Below are positions 49,171-58,662 of a stretch of 64,000 bases of DNA, piece after piece; the first letter of the stretch is position 1; every line of letters begins with the position of its first letter. This stretch comes from Acidimicrobiales bacterium (GTDB lineage: Bacteria > Actinomycetota > Acidimicrobiia > Acidimicrobiales > JAHEJN01): assembly GCA_024638845.1 (NCBI GenBank), contig JAHEJN010000001.1, positions 84,344 to 148,343 on the forward strand, given 5' to 3'. The notes beneath the pieces were generated by a model. The model worked only from the letters and a program-made list of their open reading frames with translations, was not told the DNA's origin and did not search any database. A program made the translations under genes and the position numbers.

Positions 49171-50403
49171 TCACCCGAAGACGATCCCTTCGGCGCGAAG
49201 CGAGCGCAACCGCTCGAACGAGATGCCGTGGTCGAGCAGGACCTCGTCGGTGCTCGCACCCAGCGCATCGATGTCGATCACGAAGTCGGCCGCGGTCTGG
49301 CTGAACTCCACCGGCGGCCGCGGCAGGCGCATGGGTCCTGCGGTCGGGTGGTCGAACTCGTCGACGATGGCATTGTGCAGCACCTGAGCGTCGGCCAATG
49401 CGTTGTCGAGCGATTGCACGGGGGCCGAGGGCACCTGGTTCTGCCGGAGGCGTTCGAGGATGTCGGCGGTGGCGAAGGTGCGGAACTCTGCGTCGACCAG
49501 CTTCGAGATCACGGGCAGCGTGTCGGCGTGCTGGCGGATCGTGATGTCGGAGAAACGCGGCTCGTCCCACCACTCGGGCTTGTCGAGGGCCCGGACCAGG
49601 CCGTGATACTCGCGGTCGCTGCCGGCCACGTACACGACGTGGCCGTCGGCAGTGGGTTGGAGTCGGTACGAGCGCGGGATCGACAGACCGGGTACGGCCT
49701 TGGCGCCGGTGAAGGTGTGGGCGGTGAAGACGTCGGCCCACAGCCAGTACAAGGTGGCGTCGAGCAGCGAGAGATCGATCACCTGGCCTCCGGCACCCCT
49801 TTCCCTGGCGAAGAGCGCGGCGGTGATCGCCTGGGCGGCGAACATGGCCGCCGACTTGTCGCAGATGAGGGTGCGAATCAGGTCGGGCTCGGCGTCGGCG
49901 GTCCGCTTCTGGATCGACGCCACACCGACGAGGGCCTGCACGATCTGGTCGTACACCCGCCAGTCGGCGTAGGGGCCGTCGGGGCCGACCCCGCTGATCG
50001 AAGCCACCACGAGCCGCGGGTTCAGGGCATGGAGCGCGTCGGGCCCGAGCCCGAGCCGATCAGCCACGCCGGGCCGCCAATTCTGGACGACCACGTCGCA
50101 CTGCTGGGCGAGCTCGAGGGCGACCTCGACCCCTTCGGGTGTCTGCAGGTCGAGCACAACCGATCGCTTACCCCGATTGCACGCCGCGTACATGGCCGAG
50201 ATGGTGCCCACCCGATGGCCGAGCATGCGCGAGATGTCGCCGATGCCGGGGGGCTCGATCTTGACCACCGATGCTCCCTGATCAGCGAGGATCTGGGCGG
50301 CGAGCGGCCCCGACACCACCGCCGAGAAGTCGAGTACCCGTACTCCGTCGAGGGGTCCGTTCATGGGGGAAGTGTGGCTCACTTCGCCGACCGACGGGGG
50401 CAC
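49171..50403 (-). CDS. Type III (CaiB/BaiF) CoA-transferase family protein
   Basis: It has GPLDGVRVLDFSAVVSGPLAAQILADQGASVVKIEPPGIGDISR. ATG 50364 is an alternative start. Confidence 0.88.
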   Translation of the reverse strand: MPPSVGEVSHTSPMNGPLDGVRVLDFSAVVSGPLAAQILADQGASVVKIEPPGIGDISRMLGHRVGTISAMYAACNRGKRSVVLDLQTPEGVEVALELAQQCDVVVQNWRPGVADRLGLGPDALHALNPRLVVASISGVGPDGPYADWRVYDQIVQALVGVASIQKRTADAEPDLIRTLICDKSAAMFAAQAITAALFARERGAGGQVIDLSLLDATLYWLWADVFTAHTFTGAKAVPGLSIPRSYRLQPTADGHVVYVAGSDREYHGLVRALDKPEWWDEPRFSDITIRQHADTLPVISKLVDAEFRTFATADILERLRQNQVPSAPVQSLDNALADAQVLHNAIVDEFDHPTAGPMRLPRPPVEFSQTAADFVIDIDALGASTDEVLLDHGISFERLRSLRAEGIVFG

Positions 50404-50418
50404 CTCGGGTGTGGGGGC

Positions 50419-51591
50419 TCAGAGCAGGGGAGCGAGATCGCCGTTGCCCACGACGTCGACCGAGGCGAGATCGAGCCACGCGGCGTAGGTCTCGAGCTCG
50501 TGGCGCAACTCCCGGGCCACGTGGAGTCGATCGACCTCTGGCTCGGCCCAGGCTCCCTTGACCACGAGGGTGGAGGCGGACCGGTCGGCCTTCAGGTCGA
50601 CCCGTGCTACCAGCTCACCGTCGAGGAGGAACGGCAGAACGTAATAGCCGTACACCCGTTTGGCCTCGGGCACGTAGATCTCGATCCGGTAGTGGAAGTC
50701 GAACATCCGCAGCGCTCGTGGACGGAACCACACCACGGGGTCGAACGGCGACAACAGCGTGCGCGTGGGTACCGAGTGCGGCGCGACCGCCTCGGGGTGG
50801 AGGTAGGCGGGCTTCGACCAGCCCCGAACATCGACGCGTTCGAGGCGCCCTTGTCGTTCCAGCTCGTCGAGCAGCGGCCGGGTGACGGGCATACGGATCC
50901 GGTAGTAGTCGCCGAGGTCCTCGGCGGTGCCGACTCCGAGCGAGCGGGCCGCGAGGACGAGCAGCTCCTTCTGGGCCTCATGAGGCGGTAGCGCGGGCTG
51001 GGCCAGTATGTCGGGCGGGAAGACCCGCTCGGTGACGTCGTACACGCGCTTGAACCCGATGCGGTCGGCGGTGGTCACGAGGCCCATGTCGAACAGGTAC
51101 TCCAGGGCGAGCTTCCCGTGGTCGCGGCCCCACCAGGGGCCACTCCGGGGGCCTCGGTCGTCGAGGTCGCTCACGGTGAGGGGACCGCGACGGCGAACGA
51201 TGTCGAGCACGTCGTCGATGTAGCCGGGCCGCTCTTGCTTCAGGCGGTCGAAGGAGCTCCAGTGCGGCTCGTCGGCCATCCGAAATCCCATGAGGTGGCG
51301 GTGGCGCACGGGCAACAGCGCCGCCTCATGGGCCCAGTACTCGAAGAGCGCACCCCCGTAGGCCCAGCGATCGAGCGATTCGCGATCGTAGGGACCGAGG
51401 CGGGAGTACACGGGCATGAAATGGGCCCGGCACACGATGTTGACCGAGTCGAGCTGCAACACCCCCACCCGGCCGAGCACCCGGCTGAAGTGACGGGCAT
51501 CGACGCGCCCGCTCGGTCTGGCATCGCGAAAGCCCTGCGCGGCGAGCGCGATCCGCCGAGCCCGGTCGTTGCTGATGATCGACGGTGCCAC
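50419..51591 (-). CDS. YcaQ/AlkZ-family winged-helix DNA glycosylase (interstrand crosslink repair family)
   Basis: 390 aa with RRIALAAQGF...VGVLQLDSVNIVCRAHFMPVYSRLGPY...FEYWAHEAALLP, typical of DUF1006/YcaQ. Confidence 0.8.
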   Translation of the reverse strand: MAPSIISNDRARRIALAAQGFRDARPSGRVDARHFSRVLGRVGVLQLDSVNIVCRAHFMPVYSRLGPYDRESLDRWAYGGALFEYWAHEAALLPVRHRHLMGFRMADEPHWSSFDRLKQERPGYIDDVLDIVRRRGPLTVSDLDDRGPRSGPWWGRDHGKLALEYLFDMGLVTTADRIGFKRVYDVTERVFPPDILAQPALPPHEAQKELLVLAARSLGVGTAEDLGDYYRIRMPVTRPLLDELERQGRLERVDVRGWSKPAYLHPEAVAPHSVPTRTLLSPFDPVVWFRPRALRMFDFHYRIEIYVPEAKRVYGYYVLPFLLDGELVARVDLKADRSASTLVVKGAWAEPEVDRLHVARELRHELETYAAWLDLASVDVVGNGDLAPLL

Positions 51592-51674
51592 CGCAGCAGA
51601 CTACGGGTTCCTTCTCTGCGACCCCGCTGCGCGAAACTGCCCGGATTCATCCGGTCCCCAAGAAGGCAACCACC

Positions 51675-52340
51675 ATGCGACTGAACCTGACCGCCGACGA
51701 GCTGCTCTCCACGACACGCGCGGTGCGCAAGCGACTCGACTTCGATCGACCGGTCGAACCGTCGGTGCTGAAGGAGTGCCTCGAGTCGGCCGTACAGGCA
51801 CCTACCGGCGGGAACTCCCAGGGGTGGCGATTCATGGTGGTCACCGATGCCGACAAGAAGGCCGCCGTCGCCGAGCTCTACCGGAATGCTTGGTATGACT
51901 ACTACGAACCCATGGACCGAGAGCCCCGGAGCGACAAGGGGAGACAGCTCAAACGGGTGATGAGCTCGGCCACCTACCTTGCCGACAACTTCGAGCGGGT
52001 GCCGGTGTGGGTCATCCCGTGCATGCCAGGGCGCCTCGACAACCTGCCCAACCTGATGGCGGCCGGAGCCTACGGGTCGATCCATCCCGCCACCTGGAGC
52101 TTCATGCTCGCGGCTCGTGACCACGGGCTGGGTACCTCGTTCACCACCCTTCACCTGACCTACGAACAGCAGGCTGCCGAGATCCTGGGCATCCCCTTTG
52201 CCGACTACACCCAGTGCGCGCTGGTCACCGTCGGCTACACGGTCGGTACCGACTTCAAGCCGGCCAGCCGCCCGCCCGTCGAGACCGTGACCTACTGGGA
52301 CACCTGGGGCGACGAGGCCGACTTCTCCAACCCGGCGTGA
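51675..52340 (+). CDS. Nitroreductase family protein
   Basis: It begins MRLNLTADELLSTTRAVRKRLDFDRPV...AVQAPTGGNSQGWRFMVV. I moved the start to ATG 51675. Confidence 0.8.
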   Translation: MRLNLTADELLSTTRAVRKRLDFDRPVEPSVLKECLESAVQAPTGGNSQGWRFMVVTDADKKAAVAELYRNAWYDYYEPMDREPRSDKGRQLKRVMSSATYLADNFERVPVWVIPCMPGRLDNLPNLMAAGAYGSIHPATWSFMLAARDHGLGTSFTTLHLTYEQQAAEILGIPFADYTQCALVTVGYTVGTDFKPASRPPVETVTYWDTWGDEADFSNPA

Positions 52341-53185
52341 GCCCCGAGACGCCGTTGCGCGTGCGCTCGTCAGAGGGCGTCGCGCTCACGGTGCACCACT
52401 TCGGCGGTCCGGCCGGCGCCCCCGTGCTGGTGATGTGCCATGCCACTGGGTTTCACGGCCGCGTCTTCGAGCCCATGGCGCGCACGCTCACCGATCGATA
52501 CCGGTGCGTGGCCCCTGATCTCCGGGGTCACGGCACCACGACGGTGACCGATCGGACCACTTTCAGCTGGGATCGAGTGGCCGACGACCTCCTCGCCGTT
52601 GTCGAGGCGGTCGGAGGCGGGCCGATCCGTGCGTTCGGGTGGTCACTCGGCGGCGCCGCCATCGCGGCCGCCGAGCTGCGCAGGCCCGGCACCGTGAAGG
52701 CGGCGTTCGTGTTCGAGCCCATCATCGCCTCGCGCGCGTTCCTGGCGGCCTCCTTGGCCACGGAGAACCCGCTGGCCGAGGGCGCCCGCCGCCGAAAGGC
52801 CGTCTTCGAGAGCCGCGAGCAGGTTCTCGAGCGCTACCGTTCACGGCCGCCGTTCGCGTCCGTCGATCCCGAGGTGCTCGGGGCCTACGTCGAACACGGT
52901 TTCGCCGATCAACCCGATGGCACCGTGAGACTGCGCTGTGACCCCGCGACCGAAGCCACGTTGTTCGAGGCGTGGCGGTGCGGTCTCTTCGACGACCTCT
53001 CGGTCCTAGCCCCTCGGTTCACGGTCGGCATCGGTGGTGAGGACACCCTCACGACCGCCATGGGTGTGATGGCGGTCGACGCCATGCCGCAGGCGACGTT
53101 GCGGGTTTTCGACGATCTCACCCATTTCGGCCCGCTCGAGGCTCCGGGGCGCATAGCCGAGGCCGTGGCCGAGGCGGTGGGGTAG
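52337..53185 (+). CDS. Alpha/beta-fold hydrolase
   Basis: GTG 52337 overlaps the nitroreductase stop. It has VLVMCHATGFHG, the nucleophile elbow-like FGWSLGG and C-terminal LTHFGPLE. Its 3' end lies in a 33-bp tandem duplication. Confidence 0.8.
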   Translation: MSPETPLRVRSSEGVALTVHHFGGPAGAPVLVMCHATGFHGRVFEPMARTLTDRYRCVAPDLRGHGTTTVTDRTTFSWDRVADDLLAVVEAVGGGPIRAFGWSLGGAAIAAAELRRPGTVKAAFVFEPIIASRAFLAASLATENPLAEGARRRKAVFESREQVLERYRSRPPFASVDPEVLGAYVEHGFADQPDGTVRLRCDPATEATLFEAWRCGLFDDLSVLAPRFTVGIGGEDTLTTAMGVMAVDAMPQATLRVFDDLTHFGPLEAPGRIAEAVAEAVG

Positions 53186-53228
53186 GCAGCCGAGGCCGTG
53201 GCCGAGGCGGTGGGGTAGGCAGCCGAGG
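53155..53228. repeat. 33-bp direct tandem duplication (2 full copies plus an 8-nt partial) spanning the hydrolase stop codon
   Basis: agccgaggccgtggccgaggcggtggggtaggc occurs at 53155-53187 and again at 53188-53220, followed by agccgagg. Both full copies are identical and each contains the TAG. Confidence 0.9.
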
Positions 53229-53531
53229 TCAGTCGGGTGACGACAGCGACTGGAGCAGCGCGGCCACGGTGGTGTCGGCTTCGAGGGGATGGCGAAGGGG
53301 TCGGGAGTCGAGGATCTCGTACCGGTTGCGACGCCCGATGCGCTCGTGGCGCAGGTAGCCGCCCTCCTCGAGCTCGTGGACGATTCGCTGCACCGCCCCC
53401 GGCGTGATTCCCACCAGATCGCTGATGTCACGTTGACGAAGCTCGGGGTTCCGGCTGATCGCGACGAGCACGTGGGCGTGGTTGGTGAGGAAGCTCCAGG
53501 GTGGTCGTTCCGGTCGCTGGTCGAGGTGCAT
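53229..53531 (-). CDS. Winged helix-turn-helix transcriptional regulator (ArsR/MarR-like), divergent from the mrp operon
   Basis: 100 aa with the HTH LRQRDISDLVGITPGAVQRIVHELEEGGYLRHERIGRRNRYEI. Confidence 0.75.
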   Translation of the reverse strand: MHLDQRPERPPWSFLTNHAHVLVAISRNPELRQRDISDLVGITPGAVQRIVHELEEGGYLRHERIGRRNRYEILDSRPLRHPLEADTTVAALLQSLSSPD

Positions 53532-53551
53532 CAGTCAGAGCATAATACCTA

Positions 53552-53603
53552 CTATCTAATATCGCAATTTTATTGTAGTTGATAGAAAAGCGATATAGGA
53601 TAG
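53552..53603. promoter_or_regulatory. Imperfect inverted repeat in an AT-rich divergent promoter (candidate operator)
   Basis: CTATCTAATATCGC (53552-53565) and GCGATATAGGATAG (53590-53603) are 12/14 complementary arms with a 24-nt AT-rich spacer. The surrounding 80 bp is about one-third GC by my count. Confidence 0.55.
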
Positions 53604-53608
53604 TTGCT

Positions 53609-55825
53609 GTGATTGCCTCGGACACCACCCCCTCGCCGGCAGGCCGAGCGGTGTTCGGCCTCGCGGCCCTCCCGCTTGCCGGGCTCACCGTCTGGGCGAC
53701 GGCGCTGCTGGCCGGCGACGGTTCGGCGACCTTCTCCGTCACCTGGGTGGCCGATCTCGACCTGGTGATCGCCTTCCACATCGGGCCGATGGCGGCGTTG
53801 CTGACGGTCATCGTGGCGGGGATCGGCGCCCTCGTGATGGTGTACTCCGCCGGATACTTCTCGAAGGACGCCGAGGGAGTCGTCCGGTTCGCGGTCACCC
53901 TGCTCGCCTTCGGCCTGGCGATGATCGGCCTGGTGTGGGCCGACAGCGTCTGGACCCTGTTCCTGTTCTGGGAGCTCACCTCGATCACGTCATTCCTGCT
54001 CGTCGGCTTTCGCAATCGTCGGGCCGAGGCCCGTGCCGCGGCCCGCCGGGCGTTCATGATCACGGCGGCCGGCGGGTTGGCGCTGCTCGCCGGCCTGGTG
54101 ATCCTCGTCGACGGCACCGGCACCGACTCGCTGCAATCGCTCCCGCAACTCGAGGGCTCCGAGGCCGGCATTGCCGCAGTCCTGGTGATGATCGCCGCAG
54201 CCACGAAGTCGGCCCAGGTGCCGTTCCACGTCTGGCTTCCCGGCGCCATGGCCGCACCGACGCCGGTCAGCGCCTACCTGCACTCGGCCACCATGGTGAA
54301 GGCGGGAGTGATTCTCGTCGCAATCACCGGGCCGGCCTTCACCGACGTCGCCGTCTGGAAGAACCTCGGCCTCGCGCTGGGCGGAGCATCGATGCTCTGG
54401 GGCGCGATCGGTGCCCTCCGTCATGTCGACGGCAAGCAGATCCTGGCGTGGGGCACGGTGTCCCAGCTGGGGCTGATGATCGTCTTGCTGTCGCTCGGTG
54501 AGCCCAAGGCAACCTTTGCCGCCCTCTCGATCATCGTTGCTCACGCCGCTTTCAAGGCGGCGCTGTTCATGGTCGTCGGCGAAGTCGACGTCCGGGCCGG
54601 AACCCGAGACATCCGCGAGCTCGACGGCTTGGCCCGCTCGATGCCCATCGCGTTCGCGGTGGCCGCGGTCTCGGGAGCGTCGATGGCGGGTGTGCCGCCG
54701 CTGCTCGGCTTCATGGCCAAGGAGGCGGCCATCGAGGCGGGCCTCAAGTCGAAGGGATTCGGGGCCGTTGCCGTGACCGCGCTCATCGTCGTGGGTTCGG
54801 TGCTGACGGCGGCCTACACCCTGCGCTTCCTCATCGGCATGTTCGGGGGCCGTTCCGATACGCCGACCGAGGTCAGCGCTCGTCGGTGGCCGATGACGAT
54901 GCCGGCAGTCGCCTTGACGGTGCTCAGCCTCGGAGGCTACGTAGCAGCGGGAACGGTGACGACCCTGGTGACGCGGGCGGCCGGCACCCTCGATCCGGCC
55001 GCCGCCGAGTTCGCGCTTCTCCGATGGCCCGGGTTCACCGTTGCCTTCGGACTCTCCGCGGGAATCGTGGTGGTGGGCGCTGCCCTCGGGCTGGTTCTCG
55101 CCAGGGAAGCGTCCTCGCCGCCGGCGGCGATCGGAGCCGGCCTGGTCGATCGCGGCATCGACGAGGTCGTGGTGACCGCCCGTCGGGTCACGGCGCAGGT
55201 GCAGCACGGCTCCCTGCCCGTCTATCTGGTCGTGGTCATGGGCGTTGCCACCCTCGCCGTCGCCCCGTTCTGGTTCGCCGTCGACCTCGACGTCCTGTAC
55301 CGGTGGGACACACCGGTACAGCCGATTCTGGGGCTTGCCGTCGTCGTCGCCGCGATCGTCACCGCACGAATCGACTCACGTCTCGGCGCGGCTCTCGGCC
55401 TGGGCGGACTGGGCATCGGTGTCGCCGGGTTGTTCGCCACCTACGGTGCGCCCGATCTGGTCATCACCCAGCTCCTGGTCGAGACGGTGGTGGTGGTCGG
55501 GTTCGTGATCGGCCTCGGCCATCTCACCCGTCGATTCCCCTGGGCCGACCGGCGATGGCTCGTCACTCGCGTCGTCATCTCCGTCGCGACAGGAGTCTCT
55601 GTGGCCGTAGCCCTCGTCGCGAGTCGGTCGCAGCCGAACGGTACTCCGCCGAGGGAGGCGCTCGTCACCGAGGCCGTGCAGACCGGTGGCGGGAACAACG
55701 TGGTGAACGTGATCCTCACCGACGCTCGCGGTCTCGACACGCTGGGGGAGATCGTCGTCCTCGCCGTCGTCGCCATCGGCGTCGTCGCTCTGGGCGCGGC
55801 CGGGGGGAGACGTCGCATCGCATGA
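53609..55825 (+). CDS. mrpA: Na+/H+ antiporter Mrp/Mnh subunit A
   Basis: It is NuoL-like, with WELTSITSFLLVGF, KSAQVPFHVWLPGAMAAPTPVSAYLHSATMVKAG and an MbhB-like C-terminal part. The start is GTG 53609, or TTG 53579 as in the track. Confidence 0.9.
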   Translation: MIASDTTPSPAGRAVFGLAALPLAGLTVWATALLAGDGSATFSVTWVADLDLVIAFHIGPMAALLTVIVAGIGALVMVYSAGYFSKDAEGVVRFAVTLLAFGLAMIGLVWADSVWTLFLFWELTSITSFLLVGFRNRRAEARAAARRAFMITAAGGLALLAGLVILVDGTGTDSLQSLPQLEGSEAGIAAVLVMIAAATKSAQVPFHVWLPGAMAAPTPVSAYLHSATMVKAGVILVAITGPAFTDVAVWKNLGLALGGASMLWGAIGALRHVDGKQILAWGTVSQLGLMIVLLSLGEPKATFAALSIIVAHAAFKAALFMVVGEVDVRAGTRDIRELDGLARSMPIAFAVAAVSGASMAGVPPLLGFMAKEAAIEAGLKSKGFGAVAVTALIVVGSVLTAAYTLRFLIGMFGGRSDTPTEVSARRWPMTMPAVALTVLSLGGYVAAGTVTTLVTRAAGTLDPAAAEFALLRWPGFTVAFGLSAGIVVVGAALGLVLAREASSPPAAIGAGLVDRGIDEVVVTARRVTAQVQHGSLPVYLVVVMGVATLAVAPFWFAVDLDVLYRWDTPVQPILGLAVVVAAIVTARIDSRLGAALGLGGLGIGVAGLFATYGAPDLVITQLLVETVVVVGFVIGLGHLTRRFPWADRRWLVTRVVISVATGVSVAVALVASRSQPNGTPPREALVTEAVQTGGGNNVVNVILTDARGLDTLGEIVVLAVVAIGVVALGAAGGRRRIA

Positions 55826-56283
55826 TCACCCCCCGCTCACCCATAGTCGCACTCGGCGTCGGCGTCGCTGCTCCACCCGCGGTACTGGTGGCGATCTACT
55901 TGTTCTTCGCCGGCCACAATCAGCCTGGCGGTGGCTTCGCGGCCGGCCTCGTGCTGGGTGCGCTGGTGGCATTGCGAGCCATCGCCGGCAGGCGGGCACC
56001 GGCTACGAGCACGACCTTGCTCTGGATCGGCGCAGGGCTGGCTGCAGGGGTGGCGGTGCTGCCGGTCGCGTTCGGTGACGCCGTGCTCGATCAGCGCGTG
56101 GTCGACGTCACGGTTCCCCTTCTCGGCAAGGTCAAGAGCGGCACGGCGCTGGTGTTCGATGCCGGCGTCGCCGCCATTGTGGTCGGACTGGTGATGGCGG
56201 TGCTCGACGGGTTGGGCATCTCCCGTATCGCCGATCCTTCACCCGAATCCGAGACCGCGGCGAAGGTGGAGGGCGGGTCGTGA
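55822..56283 (+). CDS. mrpB: Na+/H+ antiporter Mrp/Mnh subunit B
   Basis: Its ATG overlaps the mrpA stop (ATGA). It has LFFAGHNQPGGGFAAGLVLG. It is read from the C-terminal part of track ORF 54886..56283. Confidence 0.85.
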   Translation: MITPRSPIVALGVGVAAPPAVLVAIYLFFAGHNQPGGGFAAGLVLGALVALRAIAGRRAPATSTTLLWIGAGLAAGVAVLPVAFGDAVLDQRVVDVTVPLLGKVKSGTALVFDAGVAAIVVGLVMAVLDGLGISRIADPSPESETAAKVEGGS

Positions 56284-56669
56284 ACGCCACCCTCGTCGTG
56301 ACGGTGGCCGGGCTGGTCTCGGTCGGTACGTATCTCGTCACCGCGCGTTCCCTGAGCAGGATCATTCTCGGGTTCTCGATGCTCGGCCATGGCGCCGTGC
56401 TCGCGTTGTTGAGTGCCGGTGGCCCGGCGGGGGAGACCCCGCTCGCCGATCGCAGCTCACCCGAGGAGATGTCGAATCCACTCCCGCAGGCGTTGTCGCT
56501 CACCGCGATCGTGATCTCCTTCGGCCTCACCCTGTTCCTGCTCGCATTGGCCCGACGTCAGAACGCCCTCTCGGGCGACGATCTCGTCGAGGACGACCTC
56601 GAGGACCGGCGGGTGGCCCTGCTCGCGAACGAGGAGTCCCCGGAACCCGTCTCCGAGGATGCGGCGTGA
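56280..56669 (+). CDS. mrpC: Na+/H+ antiporter Mrp/Mnh subunit C (NuoK-like)
   Basis: 129 aa with VGTYLVTARSLSRIILGFSMLGHGAVL...NPLPQALSLTAIVISF. Confidence 0.9.
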   Translation: MNATLVVTVAGLVSVGTYLVTARSLSRIILGFSMLGHGAVLALLSAGGPAGETPLADRSSPEEMSNPLPQALSLTAIVISFGLTLFLLALARRQNALSGDDLVEDDLEDRRVALLANEESPEPVSEDAA

Positions 56670-58144
56670 GCACGGTCGTTGCCCTCAGCGTGGTCGGACC
56701 TCTCCTGGCCGCCGCGCTGACGCTCGCGCTTCGCGCCAGGCACCGTCTTCGCGATGCCGTCGTCCTCACCACTCTGGTGGGAGTCACGGCGGCGGCCGTG
56801 GCCATTCTCATCGAGGTCGAGAGGAGTGGGACCATCGTCGTCCGGGTGGGCGGCTGGGATCCCGAGCTCGGCATCGTCCTGGTCGCCGACATGTTCGCCG
56901 CTCTGGTGCTGGTGGTGGCGATGGCCACGATTCTGGTGGTCGAGATCTTCGCCATCGGCCAACGACGCAGTGCCGCGGGTGCCGATCCCGATGTCGTCGT
57001 ACCGGTCTTGCTCGTGCTCACGTCGGGCGTTGCGCTGGCCATCGTCACCGGTGATCTGTTCACCCTCTTCGTCGCCTTCGAGATGATCCTGGTGGCGAGC
57101 TATGTGCTGCTCACCCACCAGGGTCGGCAGGGGCAGATCCGCTCGGGCATGACCTATGTGGTGATCAACCTGCTGGCCTCGACCTTCTTCTTGCTGGGCG
57201 TGGCCTTCGTGTACGCCGCGACCGGAACCGTCAACATGGCGCTCCTGGCCGAACGAATTCCCGAGCTCGACACGGGAACCCGAATCGGAATCGGAACGTG
57301 GTTCCTGGTGGTCTTCGGCTCGAAGGCGGCGATGTTCCCGTTGTTCTCGTGGCTTCCCGACAGCTATCCGACGGCGCCGACCACCATCACGGCGGTGTTC
57401 GCGGGCTTGCTCACCAAGATCGGCGTGTACTCGCTGATCCGCTTCCAGACGCTCACCGACATGGTCGATCTGGGCCCGGTCGTGCTGGCCGGGGCGGGAG
57501 CAACGATGCTCGTCGGTGTGGCCGGGGCGTTGGCCCAGGACGACATGAAGCGCATCCTGTCGTTCCACATCGTGAGCCAGATCGGCTACATGCTGCTCGG
57601 ACTCGGCTTGTTCTCGGTGGCAGGGGTGGCCGGAGCGATCCTGTTCCTCGTACACCAGATACCGGTGAAGACCGTGCTGTTCCTGGTCGGTGGCCTGGTC
57701 GAGTCGACCCACGGCACGTCGTCACTCGATCGCATCGGCGGCCTGGCCATGCGGTGGCCGCTGTTGGCTGCACTGTTCGCAGTGCCGGCGTTGAGCCTGG
57801 CAGGACTGCCGCCGTTCTCCGGGTTCGTCGCCAAGCTGGCGCTCATCGATGCTGCCATCGCATCGAAATCGACCGCCATCGTGATCGTTGCCCTGGCCGG
57901 AAGCCTGCTCACCTTGCTGTCGATGACCAAGATCTGGCTGGGAGTCTTCTGGGGGGAGCCGGCGGGTGCTCCGGCGGTGCCGAGTGTTCGCGGATCGCTC
58001 GGCACGATGGTGTTGGCCACCACGCTGGCGGTGGCGGGCACCCTTGCCGTGGCCGTCTTCTCCGGGCCGCTCTGGGACATGAGCGAGCGAGCGGCCGTCG
58101 AGCTCCTCGACCGCCAGCCCTACATCGAGGCGGTGATCCGATGA
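56666..58144 (+). CDS. mrpD: Na+/H+ antiporter Mrp/Mnh subunit D (NuoN/M-like)
   Basis: 492 aa and polytopic, with FVAFEMILVASYVLL and KAAMFPLFSWLPDSYPTAPTTITAVFAGLLTKIGVY. Confidence 0.9.
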   Translation: MSTVVALSVVGPLLAAALTLALRARHRLRDAVVLTTLVGVTAAAVAILIEVERSGTIVVRVGGWDPELGIVLVADMFAALVLVVAMATILVVEIFAIGQRRSAAGADPDVVVPVLLVLTSGVALAIVTGDLFTLFVAFEMILVASYVLLTHQGRQGQIRSGMTYVVINLLASTFFLLGVAFVYAATGTVNMALLAERIPELDTGTRIGIGTWFLVVFGSKAAMFPLFSWLPDSYPTAPTTITAVFAGLLTKIGVYSLIRFQTLTDMVDLGPVVLAGAGATMLVGVAGALAQDDMKRILSFHIVSQIGYMLLGLGLFSVAGVAGAILFLVHQIPVKTVLFLVGGLVESTHGTSSLDRIGGLAMRWPLLAALFAVPALSLAGLPPFSGFVAKLALIDAAIASKSTAIVIVALAGSLLTLLSMTKIWLGVFWGEPAGAPAVPSVRGSLGTMVLATTLAVAGTLAVAVFSGPLWDMSERAAVELLDRQPYIEAVIR

Positions 58145-58662
58145 CGCGGCAGCTCCATTCCCGCCGAGTAGTGACCGCGGTCCTCCTCGTGTTCACATGG
58201 TGCGCGCTCTGGGGCGAGGTGTCGGTGGCCAACGTGGTGTCGGGGCTCGTGCTCGCGTCGTTGACCCTGATGCTCGGGCTCGGGCCGGGCACGCGCGGGC
58301 GAATCGTACTGCGACCCCTTCTGCGGTTCGCCCGACTGGTGCTGGGAGATCTCGTGGTGTCCACGCTCAAGGTCTCGTACGAGGTGGTGACGCCCACCGA
58401 CCGAACCCGGGAGTCGATTGTTGCGGTCGATGTGCCCTACGGGACGCGCAGTCACCTGCTGCTGCTGGTGGTGGCGGTCACCGTCACCCCCGGCACCGCG
58501 GCCGTCGACGCCGATTTCGAGTCGGGAACGCTCTATCTCCATCTGCTCGATCACCAGCGGCGCGACGAGGTCGAGAGGCACGTCCAGGAGCTGGCCGGTC
58601 TGGCCTGCGCGGGCCTGCCCGTCGCCGAGCCCATGACCCACGGGGAAGGAGTGCAGCCATGA
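58141..58662 (+). CDS. mrpE: Na+/H+ antiporter Mrp/Mnh subunit E
   Basis: Its ATG overlaps the mrpD stop. It has LLVFTWCALWGEVSVANVVSGLVLA and LVVAVTVTPGT, which are MnhE-like. Confidence 0.8.
   Translation: MTRQLHSRRVVTAVLLVFTWCALWGEVSVANVVSGLVLASLTLMLGLGPGTRGRIVLRPLLRFARLVLGDLVVSTLKVSYEVVTPTDRTRESIVAVDVPYGTRSHLLLLVVAVTVTPGTAAVDADFESGTLYLHLLDHQRRDEVERHVQELAGLACAGLPVAEPMTHGEGVQP

Noticed and set aside
53155-53228. Possible CRISPR-like or minisatellite array
   Set aside because: There are only about 2.25 directly abutting identical copies with no spacers. This is a simple tandem duplication, not a CRISPR.
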